From contig CAWJSJ010000001.1 of NCBI GenBank assembly GCA_963845565.1, positions 1,018,064 through 1,082,063 of the forward strand: 64,000 nt of DNA, in the 5' to 3' direction. Below, in pieces: positions 20,002-30,584 of the stretch (the first letter of the stretch is position 1; the number at the start of each line of letters is the position of its first letter). This DNA comes from an uncultured Methylomirabilota bacterium (GTDB lineage Bacteria > Methylomirabilota > Methylomirabilia > Methylomirabilales > 2-02-FULL-66-22). The notes below the pieces were generated by a model. It was not told the DNA's origin and made no database searches. It saw only the letters and a program-made list of their open reading frames with translations. A program made the translations under genes and the position numbers.

Positions 20002-20527
20002 TGTGATCCCCCCGCAGGTGGGCGAGGGCATTCTGGTCGCCCCGCCACACCCGAATGGCGTACCAGATCCGTTCGCCGATGAACAAGGTCCAGATCACCC
20101 CGACCACCAGATAGACCCCATGAATGAAGACCATGTTGATGCCGGTCAGCTCCGAGGTCTGGATCCAGCCGAAGGCGGCATACTGCCACCCGTAGATCAC
20201 GAAGACCCAGGTGAAGATCAGCATGAAGCCGTACACCCAGAGGCGCATGATGGCTTCCATCTTGGGGTTCTTCGGCGTCGGCAGGACGTCCACCTCGAAG
20301 TGCGTCCCGTCCCGCACCGCGATGGTCGCTCCCACCATGATGATCCAGATGAAGCAGAAACGGGCCGCCTCCTCCGTCCAGATCTACCGCGGGATCAGGC
20401 CGGTGTACCGGGAGAGGATCTGGAGCGTCACCGGAACGATCAGGAGTCCCATGAGGACCCAGGCAAGCAACTGGAACCCTCGATATATGACGTCGAGGAT
20501 ACGCGAAAATGCCGGTCGGTCGTGCAT
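19988..20527 (-). pseudogene. dctQ: TRAP small permease DctQ with in-frame TAG
   Basis: MHDRP...LQILSRYTGLIPR*IWTEEAARF; TAG at 20384-20386 where TAC (Tyr) would fit. Confidence 0.8.
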
Positions 20528-20653
20528 GCACGCTCCCACATCGCCGTCCCGCCAAACGGGCGTCCGGTGGCGCGGCGCGAATCCAGAACGAACCGGCTCC
20601 CCGAAGACCCGGGGAGCCGGTTCGCCACACGATTGGTCCGAACCTAGAGCCGA

Positions 20654-21656
20654 CTACTTCACCGCGTTGATGTTGGCCAGCACCTTCTCGGCGCCGATTT
20701 CCTTGGCGAATGCCTCTTTCACCGGAGCGGCCAGCTCCAGGAGCTTGGCGCGGTCCGTGAATCGACGATGCGTGATCTTCTTCTCGGCCTTCATCTGGTT
20801 CAGGATCTTGTCGTCCGCGTCCCGCTCCCACGTGCGGCCGTGGGCGGCGCCGTCGTCGCCCGCCTTGACGACGCGTCCTGGAGGTCGTCCGGCAGCTTCT
20901 TGAACGTCTTCCCGCTGAAGCAGAGCGGCCGGATGGTGATGGCGTGCTGGGTGAGGGAGATGTCGGGCGCCACCTCGTGCCACTTCATCTGGGACCAGCC
21001 CGGGGTCTCGTTCTCGCCCGCCATGATGACGCCGGTCTGGACGGCGTTGTACACCTCGTCATAGGCGATGACGGTCGGGGCCGCGGTGATGGCCTGGAAC
21101 ATGTTGGTCTGAATCGGGGCGCCCATGACGCGGATCGAGAAGTTCTTGAACTCCGCCATGTTGCTCACCGGCTTCTTCCCGACGATGTTCCGGACGCCGC
21201 CGCCGGCGTACCCGATCAGCATGACATCGGCCGACTTCATGAGATCGTCATAGACGGGCTTGAGCGCCTCCCCGGTGGACAGGATCTTGTTCCAGTGGTC
21301 GATGTCCCGGAAGAGGAACGGCATGTCCATGATGGTGGTCATCTTGGAGAAGGTGGCGGCATGTGCGACGGGGCGAACACGGCGTAATCCACCGACAGGC
21401 CCTGGCTCATGTAGTTGACGTAATCCTTCTCCAGGCCCAGCTCCCGGTTCCGGTGCAGCATGAACTTGATCGGCTTCCCGTAGCACTTCTTGACCTCTTC
21501 CTCGAACTTGAGCATGGTCTGGTTGTACGAGTGGGTGTCATCGAACTGGCTGGCACCCTTCAGCGCGATGGTCTGCGCCAGCGCAGGCATCGCGGGAACC
21601 GCGAGCGCCACACCCAGCGCCACAGCAAGGACGAACCGCACAGTCTTCCGAGTCAT
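20654..21656 (-). pseudogene. dctP: TRAP substrate-binding protein DctP, two frameshifts
   Basis: Signal peptide, DMPFLFRD, IRVM, EVYNAVQTGV..GEN; frame breaks near 21360 and 20875. Confidence 0.85.
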
Positions 21657-21984
21657 GTCCTCTTCCTCCTGTCAACGGGTTTCGGCGGGACCCTCACCGG
21701 CGCGACCGTTGCCGCGCCCGGGCGTCCCCTCGTCTCACTACCACACGGCCATTCGCCCGGCGCACCCCGCTGCGGCGAGGCGTTACCGTCAACTCGTTCA
21801 AAGTTGTGGAGAACCAGAAGTCACGAACGGTAGGCCCGACGCGTTCACGACGCCCGGGAGTCTTCGCAACCGGTCAGCGCCGTCGGGCCATATTTTTCCC
21901 ACAGCCCCGCGCCACCGTCAAGAGGAATCCCCGTCCCGGCGCGCCGGGCGCACAACTCGAACCGCCCACGGCCGCAGCCGCCGA

Positions 21985-22389
21985 TCAGTTCCGCAGCAGG
22001 TGCCCGCGCACGAACGTGACGGCATCCTGGGTCTTGGCCCCGGGGGTGAACACCTCCGCGATGCCGCACTGCTTGAGTTTCGGGATGTCCTGGTCCGGGA
22101 TCGTCCCGCCGCCAAAGACGACGATGTCGTCAACCCCGCGCGCCTTGAGCAACTCCATCACCTTCGGGAAGAGGTGCATGTGCGCGCCGGACAAGCAGCT
22201 CATACCGATGGCATCCACGTCTTCCTGGATCGCGGCGCTGACGATCATCTCGGGCGTCTGTCGCAGGCCGGTGTAGATCACCTCCATGCCGGCGTCGCGG
22301 AAGGCGCGGGCCACCACCTTGGCCCCCCGATCGTGTCCGTCCAGGCCCGGTTTTGCGATTAAGACGCGAATCTTCCGTGCCTCATTCAT
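21985..22389 (-). CDS. Cobalamin-binding subunit of acyl-CoA (methylmalonyl/isobutyryl-CoA) mutase
   Basis: [10 protein letters not shown] (DxHxxG), SCLSGAH, GGGTIP, FTPG. Confidence 0.93.
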   Translation of the reverse strand: MNEARKIRVLIAKPGLDGHDRGAKVVARAFRDAGMEVIYTGLRQTPEMIVSAAIQEDVDAIGMSCLSGAHMHLFPKVMELLKARGVDDIVVFGGGTIPDQDIPKLKQCGIAEVFTPGAKTQDAVTFVRGHLLRN

Positions 22390-22466
22390 GACGTTCGTCT
22401 CTCCCGTCGCAGCCGCGCCGGCCGCGGGCTGCAGCCGACCCCGACACGCGTCTCAAGTCCCCGCGG

Positions 22467-24440
22467 TCACAGGGATTTAGCCACCAGCTCCGCCAGATCC
22501 AGGGCGCGCACCTGTTCCGTGGCGTCCTTGGCGCGAATCCCATCCTCGAACATGCTGAGGCAGAACGGACAGCCCGTCGCCACCACGTCCGGACGAAGGC
22601 GCAGGGCCTCTTCCGTCCGCTCGATGTTCACCCGCTTGCCGGTCCGTTCTTCCGCCCACATCATCCCGCCGCCGGCTCCACAGCAGAACCCCTGCTCGCC
22701 ATGGCGCGGGAACTCGACCGCCCGCACCCCCGGGATCGCCTTCAGGACGTCCCGCGGCGGGTCGTAGAGTCCATTGTGGCGCCCAAGATAGCACGAATCA
22801 TGATATGCAACACGCGTTTCCACCGGCCTGGCCGGCTGGAGGCGCCCTTGTACGAACAACTCTCGGATGAACTGGCTGTGGTGGACAACCTCATACTGCC
22901 CCCCGAAGGCCGGATACTCGTGCCGGAGGGTGTTGAAGCAGTGCGGACACGCCGTGAGAATCTTCCGCACGCCGTACCGCCCCAGCGTCTCGATGTTCGC
23001 CTGCGCCTGCATCTGGAAGAGGAACTCGTGGCCGATCCGCCGCGCCACATCCCCCGTGCACCGCTCCTCGTCTCCCAGGATGGCAAAGTCCACCCCAGCC
23101 GCCTTCAGGATCGTGGCGAACGCGCGCGCCACCTTCTGGGTCCGCTCGTCGAAGGCGGCGGCACAACCCACCCAGTACAGGTACTCGGCCTGTCCCTTGT
23201 CGGCCAGGACCGGGACGTCCAGTCCCTTGGCCCACTCGGTCCGGCCGGGCACCGCACCTTGATACGGGTGTCCGCGGTTCTCCAGACCGCGCAGGGCGGC
23301 TTGCATCGTCTCCGGGAACCGGGCCTCCTCCATCACCAGGTAGCGCCGCATGTCCACGATCTTGGGGATCGGCTCGATGAAGACCGGGCAGGCCTGGTGG
23401 CATCCCCCGCAGGTCGTGCAGGCCCAGAGCGCGTCCTCGGCGATCACGCCCCCCACCATCGCCGTACCCCCGGATCGGCCCCGCACTTCGGCCACAAGGT
23501 GATCCCGGAGGTCCAGGATGACTCCCTTGGGCGTGAGCGGCTTCCCCGTGGCCCAGGCGGGGCACGCGTCCTGGCACCGGCCGCACTCCGTGCAGGCCAC
23601 CAGATCCAGGAGATCCTTCCGTGCGAACCCCCGGATCGCGGAGATTCCGAAATGCTCTGCCGTGTCCAGGGCGACCGGTTGGATCACGCCCGAGGGAGTC
23701 GTGCGACGGAGCGCGATGTTGGTTGGTGCGGCCAGGATGTGGCGGATCAGCGTGAAGGGCAGCGCCGCGATGAATCCGAACGCCAGGAGCGCATGCCCCC
23801 ACCAGAGCGCCCGGTGCAACCCCGCCTGCTGAATCCCGTAGAGTCCCGCGAACGGCCGCGCGGCCAGCCACCCGCCGGGCGACCAGAGTCCCCACGGATC
23901 CCGGGTATGCAGGATGCGCAACCCCTCGACCAGAAATCCACTCACCAAGACCGCCAGGAGGAGCCAGAGAAACAGGGCGTACCCTTCCGTCTCCCGCGGC
24001 TTCCACAGGCGCGCCGGGCGGGCGAGATAGCGCCGGGCCAGCACCGCGATCACCGCCACGGTGGCTGCCACGCCGCAGACGTCCACCACGAGCGACATGA
24101 AGACCAGGTAGAACCAGCCCCGGAGGACGGGAAGGCCCAGGTAGTCCTGCAGCGCCACCAGGCAGGTCGCCATGAACAGGACGCCGAAGCCCCAGGAGAT
24201 CCCGACATGCAGGCTTCCGGCGACCGGCTGTGCAAGCAATCGCCGCTGGAGCACCGCCTGATCGAGGAGGGCGCGCAACTGCTTGCGAAGCGTCGGGATG
24301 CTGCCGTCCGCCTGCCCCGCTCTCACGAGCTGGATCACCCGGTAACAGCCGTAGACGAGGATGGCCGCGCACGGGAGAAACAGCGGATAGATCAGCCAGT
24401 GCGATGGGATATTCCAGTAGAGTTCTCGGAACGGCACCAT
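22467..24440 (-). CDS. Membrane Fe-S/CCG-domain oxidoreductase (FadF/HdrF/ETF:quinone oxidoreductase-like)
   Basis: N-terminal TM domain, [12 protein letters not shown] and [32 protein letters not shown]; downstream of etfBA. Confidence 0.9.
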   Translation of the reverse strand: MVPFRELYWNIPSHWLIYPLFLPCAAILVYGCYRVIQLVRAGQADGSIPTLRKQLRALLDQAVLQRRLLAQPVAGSLHVGISWGFGVLFMATCLVALQDYLGLPVLRGWFYLVFMSLVVDVCGVAATVAVIAVLARRYLARPARLWKPRETEGYALFLWLLLAVLVSGFLVEGLRILHTRDPWGLWSPGGWLAARPFAGLYGIQQAGLHRALWWGHALLAFGFIAALPFTLIRHILAAPTNIALRRTTPSGVIQPVALDTAEHFGISAIRGFARKDLLDLVACTECGRCQDACPAWATGKPLTPKGVILDLRDHLVAEVRGRSGGTAMVGGVIAEDALWACTTCGGCHQACPVFIEPIPKIVDMRRYLVMEEARFPETMQAALRGLENRGHPYQGAVPGRTEWAKGLDVPVLADKGQAEYLYWVGCAAAFDERTQKVARAFATILKAAGVDFAILGDEERCTGDVARRIGHEFLFQMQAQANIETLGRYGVRKILTACPHCFNTLRHEYPAFGGQYEVVHHSQFIRELFVQGRLQPARPVETRVAYHDSCYLGRHNGLYDPPRDVLKAIPGVRAVEFPRHGEQGFCCGAGGGMMWAEERTGKRVNIERTEEALRLRPDVVATGCPFCLSMFEDGIRAKDATEQVRALDLAELVAKSL

Positions 24441-24500
24441 CCGGACCTCGAGACCCGCCGGCATGCGATTCAATGCAAGGGTACGGGAAAGTCCTGTCGT

Positions 24501-24545
24501 TAGCCCGCATTATTCGCGAACACAACTCGCGAACAATGCGGGCTA
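24501..24545. repeat. 45-bp TA-flanked inverted repeat (mini-element)
   Basis: TAGCCCGCATTaTTCGCGA-N7-TCGCGAAcAATGCGGGCTA. Confidence 0.65.
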
Positions 24546-24600
24546 GTCGTTCGCGGTCTCTCGTTGCCGGCCCGCTTCGGCCTAGCAGGCCGAGGACGGG

Positions 24601-25011
24601 TTATCCGACTTTGACGAATTGTTCCGGCGACACGGCGCGCGCAGGGAACGCGCGAAGCACCTCCCGATCCTGGGTGACGAGGGGAACATCCAGGGCCTCC
24701 GCCAGCGCCACGTACTCGCAATCATATGCTGTGCATCCCGACTGGGTCGCCAAGGTCAGGACATCGAGAGAGGCGACCAGATATTCCTGGTTCTTGAGGA
24801 GAGCCTCCGCATCGGCGAGGACCCCGCACGCGTTGTCCAGTGTGATCTTGCTCTCGCGGATCATTCGCGCGAGTGCATTCCGGACCTCAGACCTCCAGAG
24901 AAAGGGCGCGGCCCAATGGCTGTCGCGCCTGTACACGGCCTCCGCCCGGTCGGTGAGCGCTCCTCCGCGGACATAGAGGTAGACCAGTTGATTGGCATCC
25001 GCGACGATCAT
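24601..25011 (-). CDS. vapC: VapC-family PIN-domain toxin
   Basis: MIVADAN, APFLWRSEVRNAL, TAYDCEYVALA, LVTQD. Confidence 0.9.
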   Translation of the reverse strand: MIVADANQLVYLYVRGGALTDRAEAVYRRDSHWAAPFLWRSEVRNALARMIRESKITLDNACGVLADAEALLKNQEYLVASLDVLTLATQSGCTAYDCEYVALAEALDVPLVTQDREVLRAFPARAVSPEQFVKVG

Positions 25012-25253
25012 AGTCGGCCTTCTCGTTTCGCACGAGTGACATAGGCCGCCGTGATGGGGCCTCCGCGAGGCGTGACGCGTACCCGTTGGATCTGTGCGAG
25101 TCGAGCGTCGGCGTCCACCGGTGTTGCGGGCCGCACTGCGGCTTCCAGAATGACGATCGCCTCACGATTCACGCTGCGGTTTTGGCGCTCCGCTTGCCGG
25201 CGCAGTCGCTCGAGCACAGTGTCCGGCAGGTTCTTCAGCGTGAGGGTTGCCAT
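25008..25253 (-). CDS. Arc/FitA-type ribbon-helix-helix antitoxin
   Basis: MATLTLKNLPD..LERLRRQAERQNRSVNRE; overlaps the toxin start (ATGA). Confidence 0.88.
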   Translation of the reverse strand: MATLTLKNLPDTVLERLRRQAERQNRSVNREAIVILEAAVRPATPVDADARLAQIQRVRVTPRGGPITAAYVTRAKREGRL

Positions 25254-25270
25254 CGTGACCTCCTTGGCGT

Positions 25271-25317
25271 GGGTACCATTATGGAATCATTATGGCACCA
25301 ACATTCGACCACGTCAA
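25271..25317 (-). promoter_or_regulatory. Promoter/operator of the vapBC-type module
   Basis: Minus TTGACG-N17-CATAAT with TG extension; tandem CATTATGG boxes overlap the -10. Confidence 0.6.
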
Positions 25318-25414
25318 ATCGTCGCCCACAGTGTCGTTTTCGCTGGTGAGTAGGTTCTCGGGGTTGTGATCTTCGAGCGGCCGTTTTCCGGGTGGTTCCG
25401 CACACCTGGTGGGG

Positions 25415-25519
25415 TTAGCCGTTGTCAAAGAATAAAGTGAGCGGAGACATTCCGAAACGGCATAAGGAGCCGTAACGAAATAGAAAGAGATGTCTAGGTT
25501 ATTTCGTAACGGCTCCTAA
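25415..25519. repeat. MITE-like repeat family A, copy 3 (opposite orientation)
   Basis: Near-identical reverse complement of 370-474. Confidence 0.85.
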
Positions 25520-25758
25520 GTACACGCGGACATAAATTCGATGACGTATACGGTAGCCGCATAAGTCCAGGTCCCCCGGGCCGACCCGAGACGCCGCGCC
25601 CGCGAGGCCGGGACTGGGCACCGTCGCCGGTACGGAGGGCCGCGTCTGAGCGGACCGACCCGGGGTAAGGGCGAGCCGGCATCGACGAGGCGCCAGGCGT
25701 CCGAGGGTCGGTCCGGGGGACCGGCGATACGTCACCGTAATTGCGGGCAGAAGCACTA
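25517..25758. repeat. MITE-like repeat family C, degenerate copy
   Basis: Shares GACGCCGCGCCCGCG, CGACCCGG and CGACGAGGCGCCAGGCG with the 60016 and 63521 copies; ends ...CACTA. Confidence 0.65.
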
Positions 25759-25777
25759 AGGGGCACGGCGGCCCGTT

Positions 25778-26761
25778 TCAGGATGCGGCCAGCGCCTTGA
25801 TCGCCGCTATGAACGGCGGGAGCACCGCCTTGAAGTCCCCCACAACACCGAGGTGCGCCATCTTGAAAATGGGTGCGTCCGGGTCGGTGTTGATCGCCAC
25901 GATCGTCTTGGCGCCGCTCATCCCCGCGAGGTGCTGAATGGCCCCCGAGACACCCACCGCGATATAGAGGTCCGGGCTCACCGTCTTGCCCGTCTGTCCC
26001 ACCTGCCAGGACAACGGGACCCAGCCCGCGTCGGTCGCCGCGCGCGTCGCGCCCACCGCGCCTTTGAGGACCCGGGCAAGCTCCTCCAGTTGGCGGAACG
26101 GTTCCGGCCCCTTCAGGCCGCGCCCGCCGCTCACGACCACCCGGGCGTTCTCCAACCGGACGCCGCGCACCTCCTCGGAGACCCGTTCCAGCACCCGGGT
26201 GCGCACGGTCGAGGCTGCCAGCGTCACCGGCATCCGCGTCTCGACCCCGCGGTGCCCGACGCGCTCCGCTGCCGGCTCGATACTGCGCGGCTTTACGGTG
26301 GCGATGACCGGAAAGCGGTTCGCCCCGATCTCCGCCAGGCACCGCCCTCCATACAGTTGGCGCCGAAACAGGACCGTCTCCCCCTCGACACCGACCCCGC
26401 TCGCCTCCGTCACCAGCCCGGCCTGAAGCCGGTGCGCCAGCCGGGGCGCGACTTCCCGCCCGCGAAAGTCGTCGGCCATCAGCACCACCTGCGCGCCGAC
26501 CTGCGGCACGATCTGCACCAAGGCCGCCACCATCGCCTCGGGCTCCGGACCGTCCAGCAAGGGATGCTCCAACCACAGCACCGTGTCCGCGCCGCCCGCG
26601 AAGAGAGCCGGCGCCAACCCGTCCACGACGCCGCCCAGCACCGCTGCCGTCACCGTTCCCCGCGTGCCCCCGGCGAGCGCGCGCGCGGCGCCGAGCGCCT
26701 CCAGTGTATTGCGCGAGGGACCACCGCCCTGCGCCTCCGCCACGACGAGCACGTCAACCAT
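25778..26761 (-). CDS. etfA: Electron transfer flavoprotein alpha subunit
   Basis: [49 protein letters not shown]. Confidence 0.95.
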   Translation of the reverse strand: MVDVLVVAEAQGGGPSRNTLEALGAARALAGGTRGTVTAAVLGGVVDGLAPALFAGGADTVLWLEHPLLDGPEPEAMVAALVQIVPQVGAQVVLMADDFRGREVAPRLAHRLQAGLVTEASGVGVEGETVLFRRQLYGGRCLAEIGANRFPVIATVKPRSIEPAAERVGHRGVETRMPVTLAASTVRTRVLERVSEEVRGVRLENARVVVSGGRGLKGPEPFRQLEELARVLKGAVGATRAATDAGWVPLSWQVGQTGKTVSPDLYIAVGVSGAIQHLAGMSGAKTIVAINTDPDAPIFKMAHLGVVGDFKAVLPPFIAAIKALAAS

Positions 26762-26785
26762 GAACCCGCCTCCCAGGCCCCACGG

Positions 26786-27586
26786 TCAAATTACCTTCAA
26801 CTCGCGCAGCCGCAGTGCCAGCCGTTCCGCCTGCTCGGTCGGCGTCTCCCCGCCCACCACCTCGCACCGCGACTCGCGGTGCGGCACGGTCACATCCCGC
26901 AAGTCCAGCCGCCGTCCCGCCGCGCCGACCTTCGCCGCCGCCACGCCCAGATCGGCCGCGTTCCACACCGGGACCGTCTTGCGCGCCGCCGCCATGATGT
27001 CTTTGAGCTTGGAGTAGCGCGGCACGTTGCCGTCGTCGCTCAGGATGCTCGCCACCAGCGGCAGCGGCCCCTCGACCCGCTCGTAGCCGTCCTCCATGAT
27101 CCGGCGCGCGACCACCGTCCTGTCGTTGACCTCCAACCGGCTCACGAAGGAGAGACAGGGCAGCCCGAGCTCCTCGGCCAGGAGCGGCCCGATCATCTTA
27201 TTGCCCGTGTCCCCCGACACGCAGCCCGTCAGGACCAGGTCCGGGTTCCCGATTTTCCGGACGGCCTGGGCCAGGATATGCGCCACGCCGAAGGAATCGG
27301 ACCCTACGAAGGCCGGATCCGTCACCAGGACCCCGGCGTCTGCCCCCATTCCCATGGCGCTCTTGATGGCGCCCTGGGCTTCCGGCGCCCCCAGGCTGAG
27401 CACGGTGATCGTCCCACCCGCCTTCTCGCGCAACTGGAGCGCGACCTCCACCGCGTTCTGGTCGTACGCGCTGATGACCAGGGACAGCCCGCCCCGCACC
27501 TGACGCTTGCTGGCGGGATCGAGCTTGAACTGTTCCGTCGGGATCTCCGGATCGATGATCTGCTTGACACACACGACGATCTTCAT
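26786..27586 (-). CDS. etfB: Electron transfer flavoprotein beta subunit
   Basis: MKIVVCVKQIIDP, YDQNAVEVAL, MGAD, PRY motif. Confidence 0.95.
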   Translation of the reverse strand: MKIVVCVKQIIDPEIPTEQFKLDPASKRQVRGGLSLVISAYDQNAVEVALQLREKAGGTITVLSLGAPEAQGAIKSAMGMGADAGVLVTDPAFVGSDSFGVAHILAQAVRKIGNPDLVLTGCVSGDTGNKMIGPLLAEELGLPCLSFVSRLEVNDRTVVARRIMEDGYERVEGPLPLVASILSDDGNVPRYSKLKDIMAAARKTVPVWNAADLGVAAAKVGAAGRRLDLRDVTVPHRESRCEVVGGETPTEQAERLALRLRELKVI

Positions 27587-27870
27587 TCACGGCCTCCGCC
27601 TGCCGTTCGAACCAAGACCCAGATGCACCTCGCCCGGCGGCCGCACGACGCCCCGCGGGGCACACCACACGGGACGGCGCAGGATAACACACCGACCTCC
27701 CGACCGGGAGGTCCCAATCGACGGCCTGCAGGAGCGGGCCCATTGGTGCGAGATGTCTGACAACCTGTCACGTCTGGGGGTTTTGCCGCTCGGCGAAACC
27801 TGTCGAGCGATTTCCCGGCGCCTCTCCGGCACCGGGTATCCTGGGCGGGCCCGGGGCGGGACGGGCGACT

Positions 27871-28931
27871 TTACGGGAGACCCGGGCGAGGGGTCGAGGG
27901 GACGCGAGGGAGTGGCGGTGACACGGATGGCGACACGCCGGTCAGGATCCAGACCTCCGCTCCCCGGTCCCGAGCGAAGCCGAGGCGCCACCCGTCCGTC
28001 TGCATTGCCGGTTCCGCAAAGGCGAGGCGCCGGACGGCGACGGGAGATCCGGCCGTCAGCCGATCCACCGCCGCGCATGAGCCGCCCGTGGAAGGGGAAG
28101 CCGCCGTGGAGTGGGCGAACCAGCCCGACGCGAGCGGTCGCCCGTCGGGGCCCACCACGCCGAGCCGGATCACCAACGTGGACCCCGGGTCCGCCTCCGC
28201 CTCCTCCACCGCCAGGAGATACGGGCCGCTGGGGCGCAGCGCGACGAACAGCGCGTCGCCGCAGGCGCCTTGGCGCAGCCATATTCCGCGGTGGTCCCCG
28301 CCTGCAGGTCGTAGAAGCGGATGCTCCACCGCAAGCCTTCGCAGTACCCGGTACTCGTCACCAGACGGTCCACAGCCACCAGTCGGTCCGCATGGCCTCG
28401 CAGCGCGTGGGTCGGCTGATGCTCGAACGTCGGCCCCGGCGCCCCGGATGCCGAGTACGCCATGATCCGATGGGAGCTGCTTTGGTGGATAGGGATAGGA
28501 AGGACCGCGAGCACCCAGCGCCCGTCCGGCGTGGCCATGATGGATGGGGGCAGTGAGACACTGCCGGCCGGCAGCAACCACACGCCGATGGGAACACGCA
28601 CGCCGTTCGAGGGGAACACCAAGGCTCCCTGCTCCAGGCGGGCGATCGCTGCGGGCGCGCCGCTGAGCGGCTGGAGGAAGTCATAAGTTGGGGGAATCCC
28701 GAACCGCTCGAGGTGCCGGTGATACGCCAAGTCCCCCAACTGCCCCGCCGGGGCGGCGGGGCCGAGTCCCTCCAACCCGACCGGCGACGGACTGAGGCTT
28801 GCGCTGTGTCGCAGCGGTCCGACGCTCGCTTCTCCGGCCGCCCCGGCCCACGCCGCCGCGCCGATCCACGCGCCGAGCCCGGTCAGGGCCAAGACCATCC
28901 GCCCGAGGAGGAGCCAGCCCCCGCGTCTCAT
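27871..28931 (-). CDS. Hypothetical exported protein, apparently frameshifted near 28275
   Basis: Signal-like N-terminus; ...AEYGC continues plausibly as QGACGDALFV...LVIRLGVVGPDG in another frame. Confidence 0.5.
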
Positions 28932-29025
28932 GCGACGCGCTCGCCAGCGGCCGCGCAGAGCTGGAGCGTCGGAGGACCTCCACGGGTATCCGCTCGATCG
29001 TGCGTTGCCGCATCGCGCTCCCCGC

Positions 29026-29487
29026 TCACTCCTTCACCGCGGATTCGGTGAATCCCTTGATCAGGTACGCCTGAGGAAGAGGTAGAACGCGCCGGGATGA
29101 TCGTCGCGATCATCGTGGCGGCCATGATCTCGGACCAAGCCACGCGGAACTGGCCGACCAGTTGGGCGATTCGTCATCCGGGAAGGTTCGTAGGCACAGC
29201 GCCAAGTCTTCGGAGCGTACGCGGGTTCTTGCCGCCCCGAGGGTGTGCCGAGCAATGTAGTGGATCGTGGTGATCGTGGTGGCACACAGAAGCCCGGTGA
29301 GCCAGATCTTGGAGTAGGCGGCGAAGGTGATCTCCCGCGGCCACAGCGTGGCGGGGTACGAGACGACCTCGATCTCGCTCTTCAGGGCGGAGGTCGCCAT
29401 CCAGAAGAACGGCAGGAGATTGTAAACCGCCATCATCGCCAGGGCCGCGTAGATGCAGATCCAGAAGCCGATCGGTTTTCGCGTCAT
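29026..29487 (-). pseudogene. Carbohydrate ABC permease (MalG-like) fragments with a foreign middle segment
   Basis: N-terminal LLPFFWMATSALKS..E...P.TLWP and C-terminal W.EIMAA...YLIKGFTESAVKE; centre replaced. Confidence 0.75.
29200..29295 (-). pseudogene. PIN-domain toxin internal fragment embedded in the permease
   Basis: GLLCATTITTIHYIARHTLGAARTR matches the mid-helix of PIN toxins paired with DUF6364 antitoxins. Confidence 0.65.
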
Positions 29488-29490
29488 GGC

Positions 29491-29865
29491 TCAGGCCGCC
29501 CGTTTCATGGTCATGCGCAGGTACGGGAAGCTGACCAGCAGCATGACGACGGCCAGCACCACCGCAATGGAGGCCGCGTAGGAGGTGTTGAAGAACTGGA
29601 AATAGTGCTTGTAGGTCAGCAGGGAGAGCACCTGGGTGCTGTTCCCCGGGCCGCCCCCGGTCATGCTGAAGACCATGCCGAAGAGCCGGCATTCCCAGAT
29701 CGTGTCCAGCACCAGGGCGATGATGAACATGGGGCGCAGGTACGGGATCGTGATCCGCCGAAAAGCCTGGAACGCGGAGGCACCGTCCAGTTCCGCCGCC
29801 TCGTACTGCTGCCGGGGGATGGCCTGCATGCCCGCCAGAAGAATCAGCATGACGAAGGGGAGCCG
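29491..29865 (-). pseudogene. Carbohydrate ABC permease (MalF-like), C-terminal part only
   Basis: LPFVMLILLAGMQAIP..QYEAAELDGAS..FRRITIP EAA motif; MTGGGPG. Confidence 0.85.
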
Positions 29866-29914
29866 CGGTCCACCGCGGAGAAGGCATAAGGGTAGTCGGC
29901 GTCTGCCAGTGATG

Positions 29915-29972
29915 GATGGGTCTCGTTCTTCGAGCAGGATCGAGCACGATGTTGGCGTGTCGAACAGATCAG
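29915..29972 (-). pseudogene. Garbled N-terminus of PIN toxin
   Basis: LFDT/NIVLD/LLEERDP read across indels, resembling FDTNxVLDxLLxRxP. Confidence 0.55.
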
Positions 29973-30017
29973 GTAGCCGGGGAGTACCCTGAGGGATGCA
30001 TCCTGATGGCCCGATCC

Positions 30018-30405
30018 TCATCGGTGCTTGTCCATGAGGTGTTTCCGATAGTCCTGCTCGGTAACCCTCGCGCGTTTGAGAATGCCGATGAGCGATCGGA
30101 CACGCGGGGTCAGGGGGGGGCCCTCAGATGCCCGGTCTTCCGAGAGGAGCGAGAAGAAGTCCCCAACGAGGGCGGACACGGACTTTCCGGCTCGGCGGGA
30201 GTGGGATTTCGCGCGCGCGGATCGTTCGAGGTCGGGCGCGTGTTCTTGGGCACGCCGTACACCTTCCCCTGCGGCCGCAGGGTGACCGGGTAGAAGTCGT
30301 CCAATCCGCTCTCGATGAGCGTGAGTCGGTACGGCCCGCACCCGGCGGCACTTTCGCGCGCCGGATCAGATCGCGGTCGAGGCGCAGCGTGAGTTTCGTG
30401 TGCAT
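30018..30405 (-). pseudogene. DUF6364-like antitoxin interrupted by a ~130-bp insert
   Basis: MHTKLTLRLDRDLIRRAK then RAKSHSRRAGKSVS...LTPRVRSLIGIL...DYRKHL; the insert encodes sugar-SBP-like LDDFYP...GKVYGVP. Confidence 0.75.
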
Positions 30406-30420
30406 CGTCCTCCCCTCCGT

Positions 30421-30454
30421 GTGACGTGCATATTACACGCGGAGTGTACGTCAC
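30421..30454. promoter_or_regulatory. Inverted-repeat operator upstream of the DUF6364 module
   Basis: GTGACGTgCA-N14-TGtACGTCAC. Confidence 0.45.
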
Positions 30455-30584
30455 CCGTGACAAGGTGTTGTCCTCTATTGAACGGGATTCAACATAGGCA
30501 ACTCCTGCTCATTGTTGTGAGAGATCCCCGTCGTATCGCCGGGCCCCGTGCAGACCGGCCCCGGCACGCCTACGCACGTGGGGC

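Noticed and set aside
20384..20386. In-frame TAG in dctQ as pyrrolysine/readthrough recoding
   Set aside because: A single change from Tyr TAC explains it, neighbouring genes are also broken, and no pyl genes are present.
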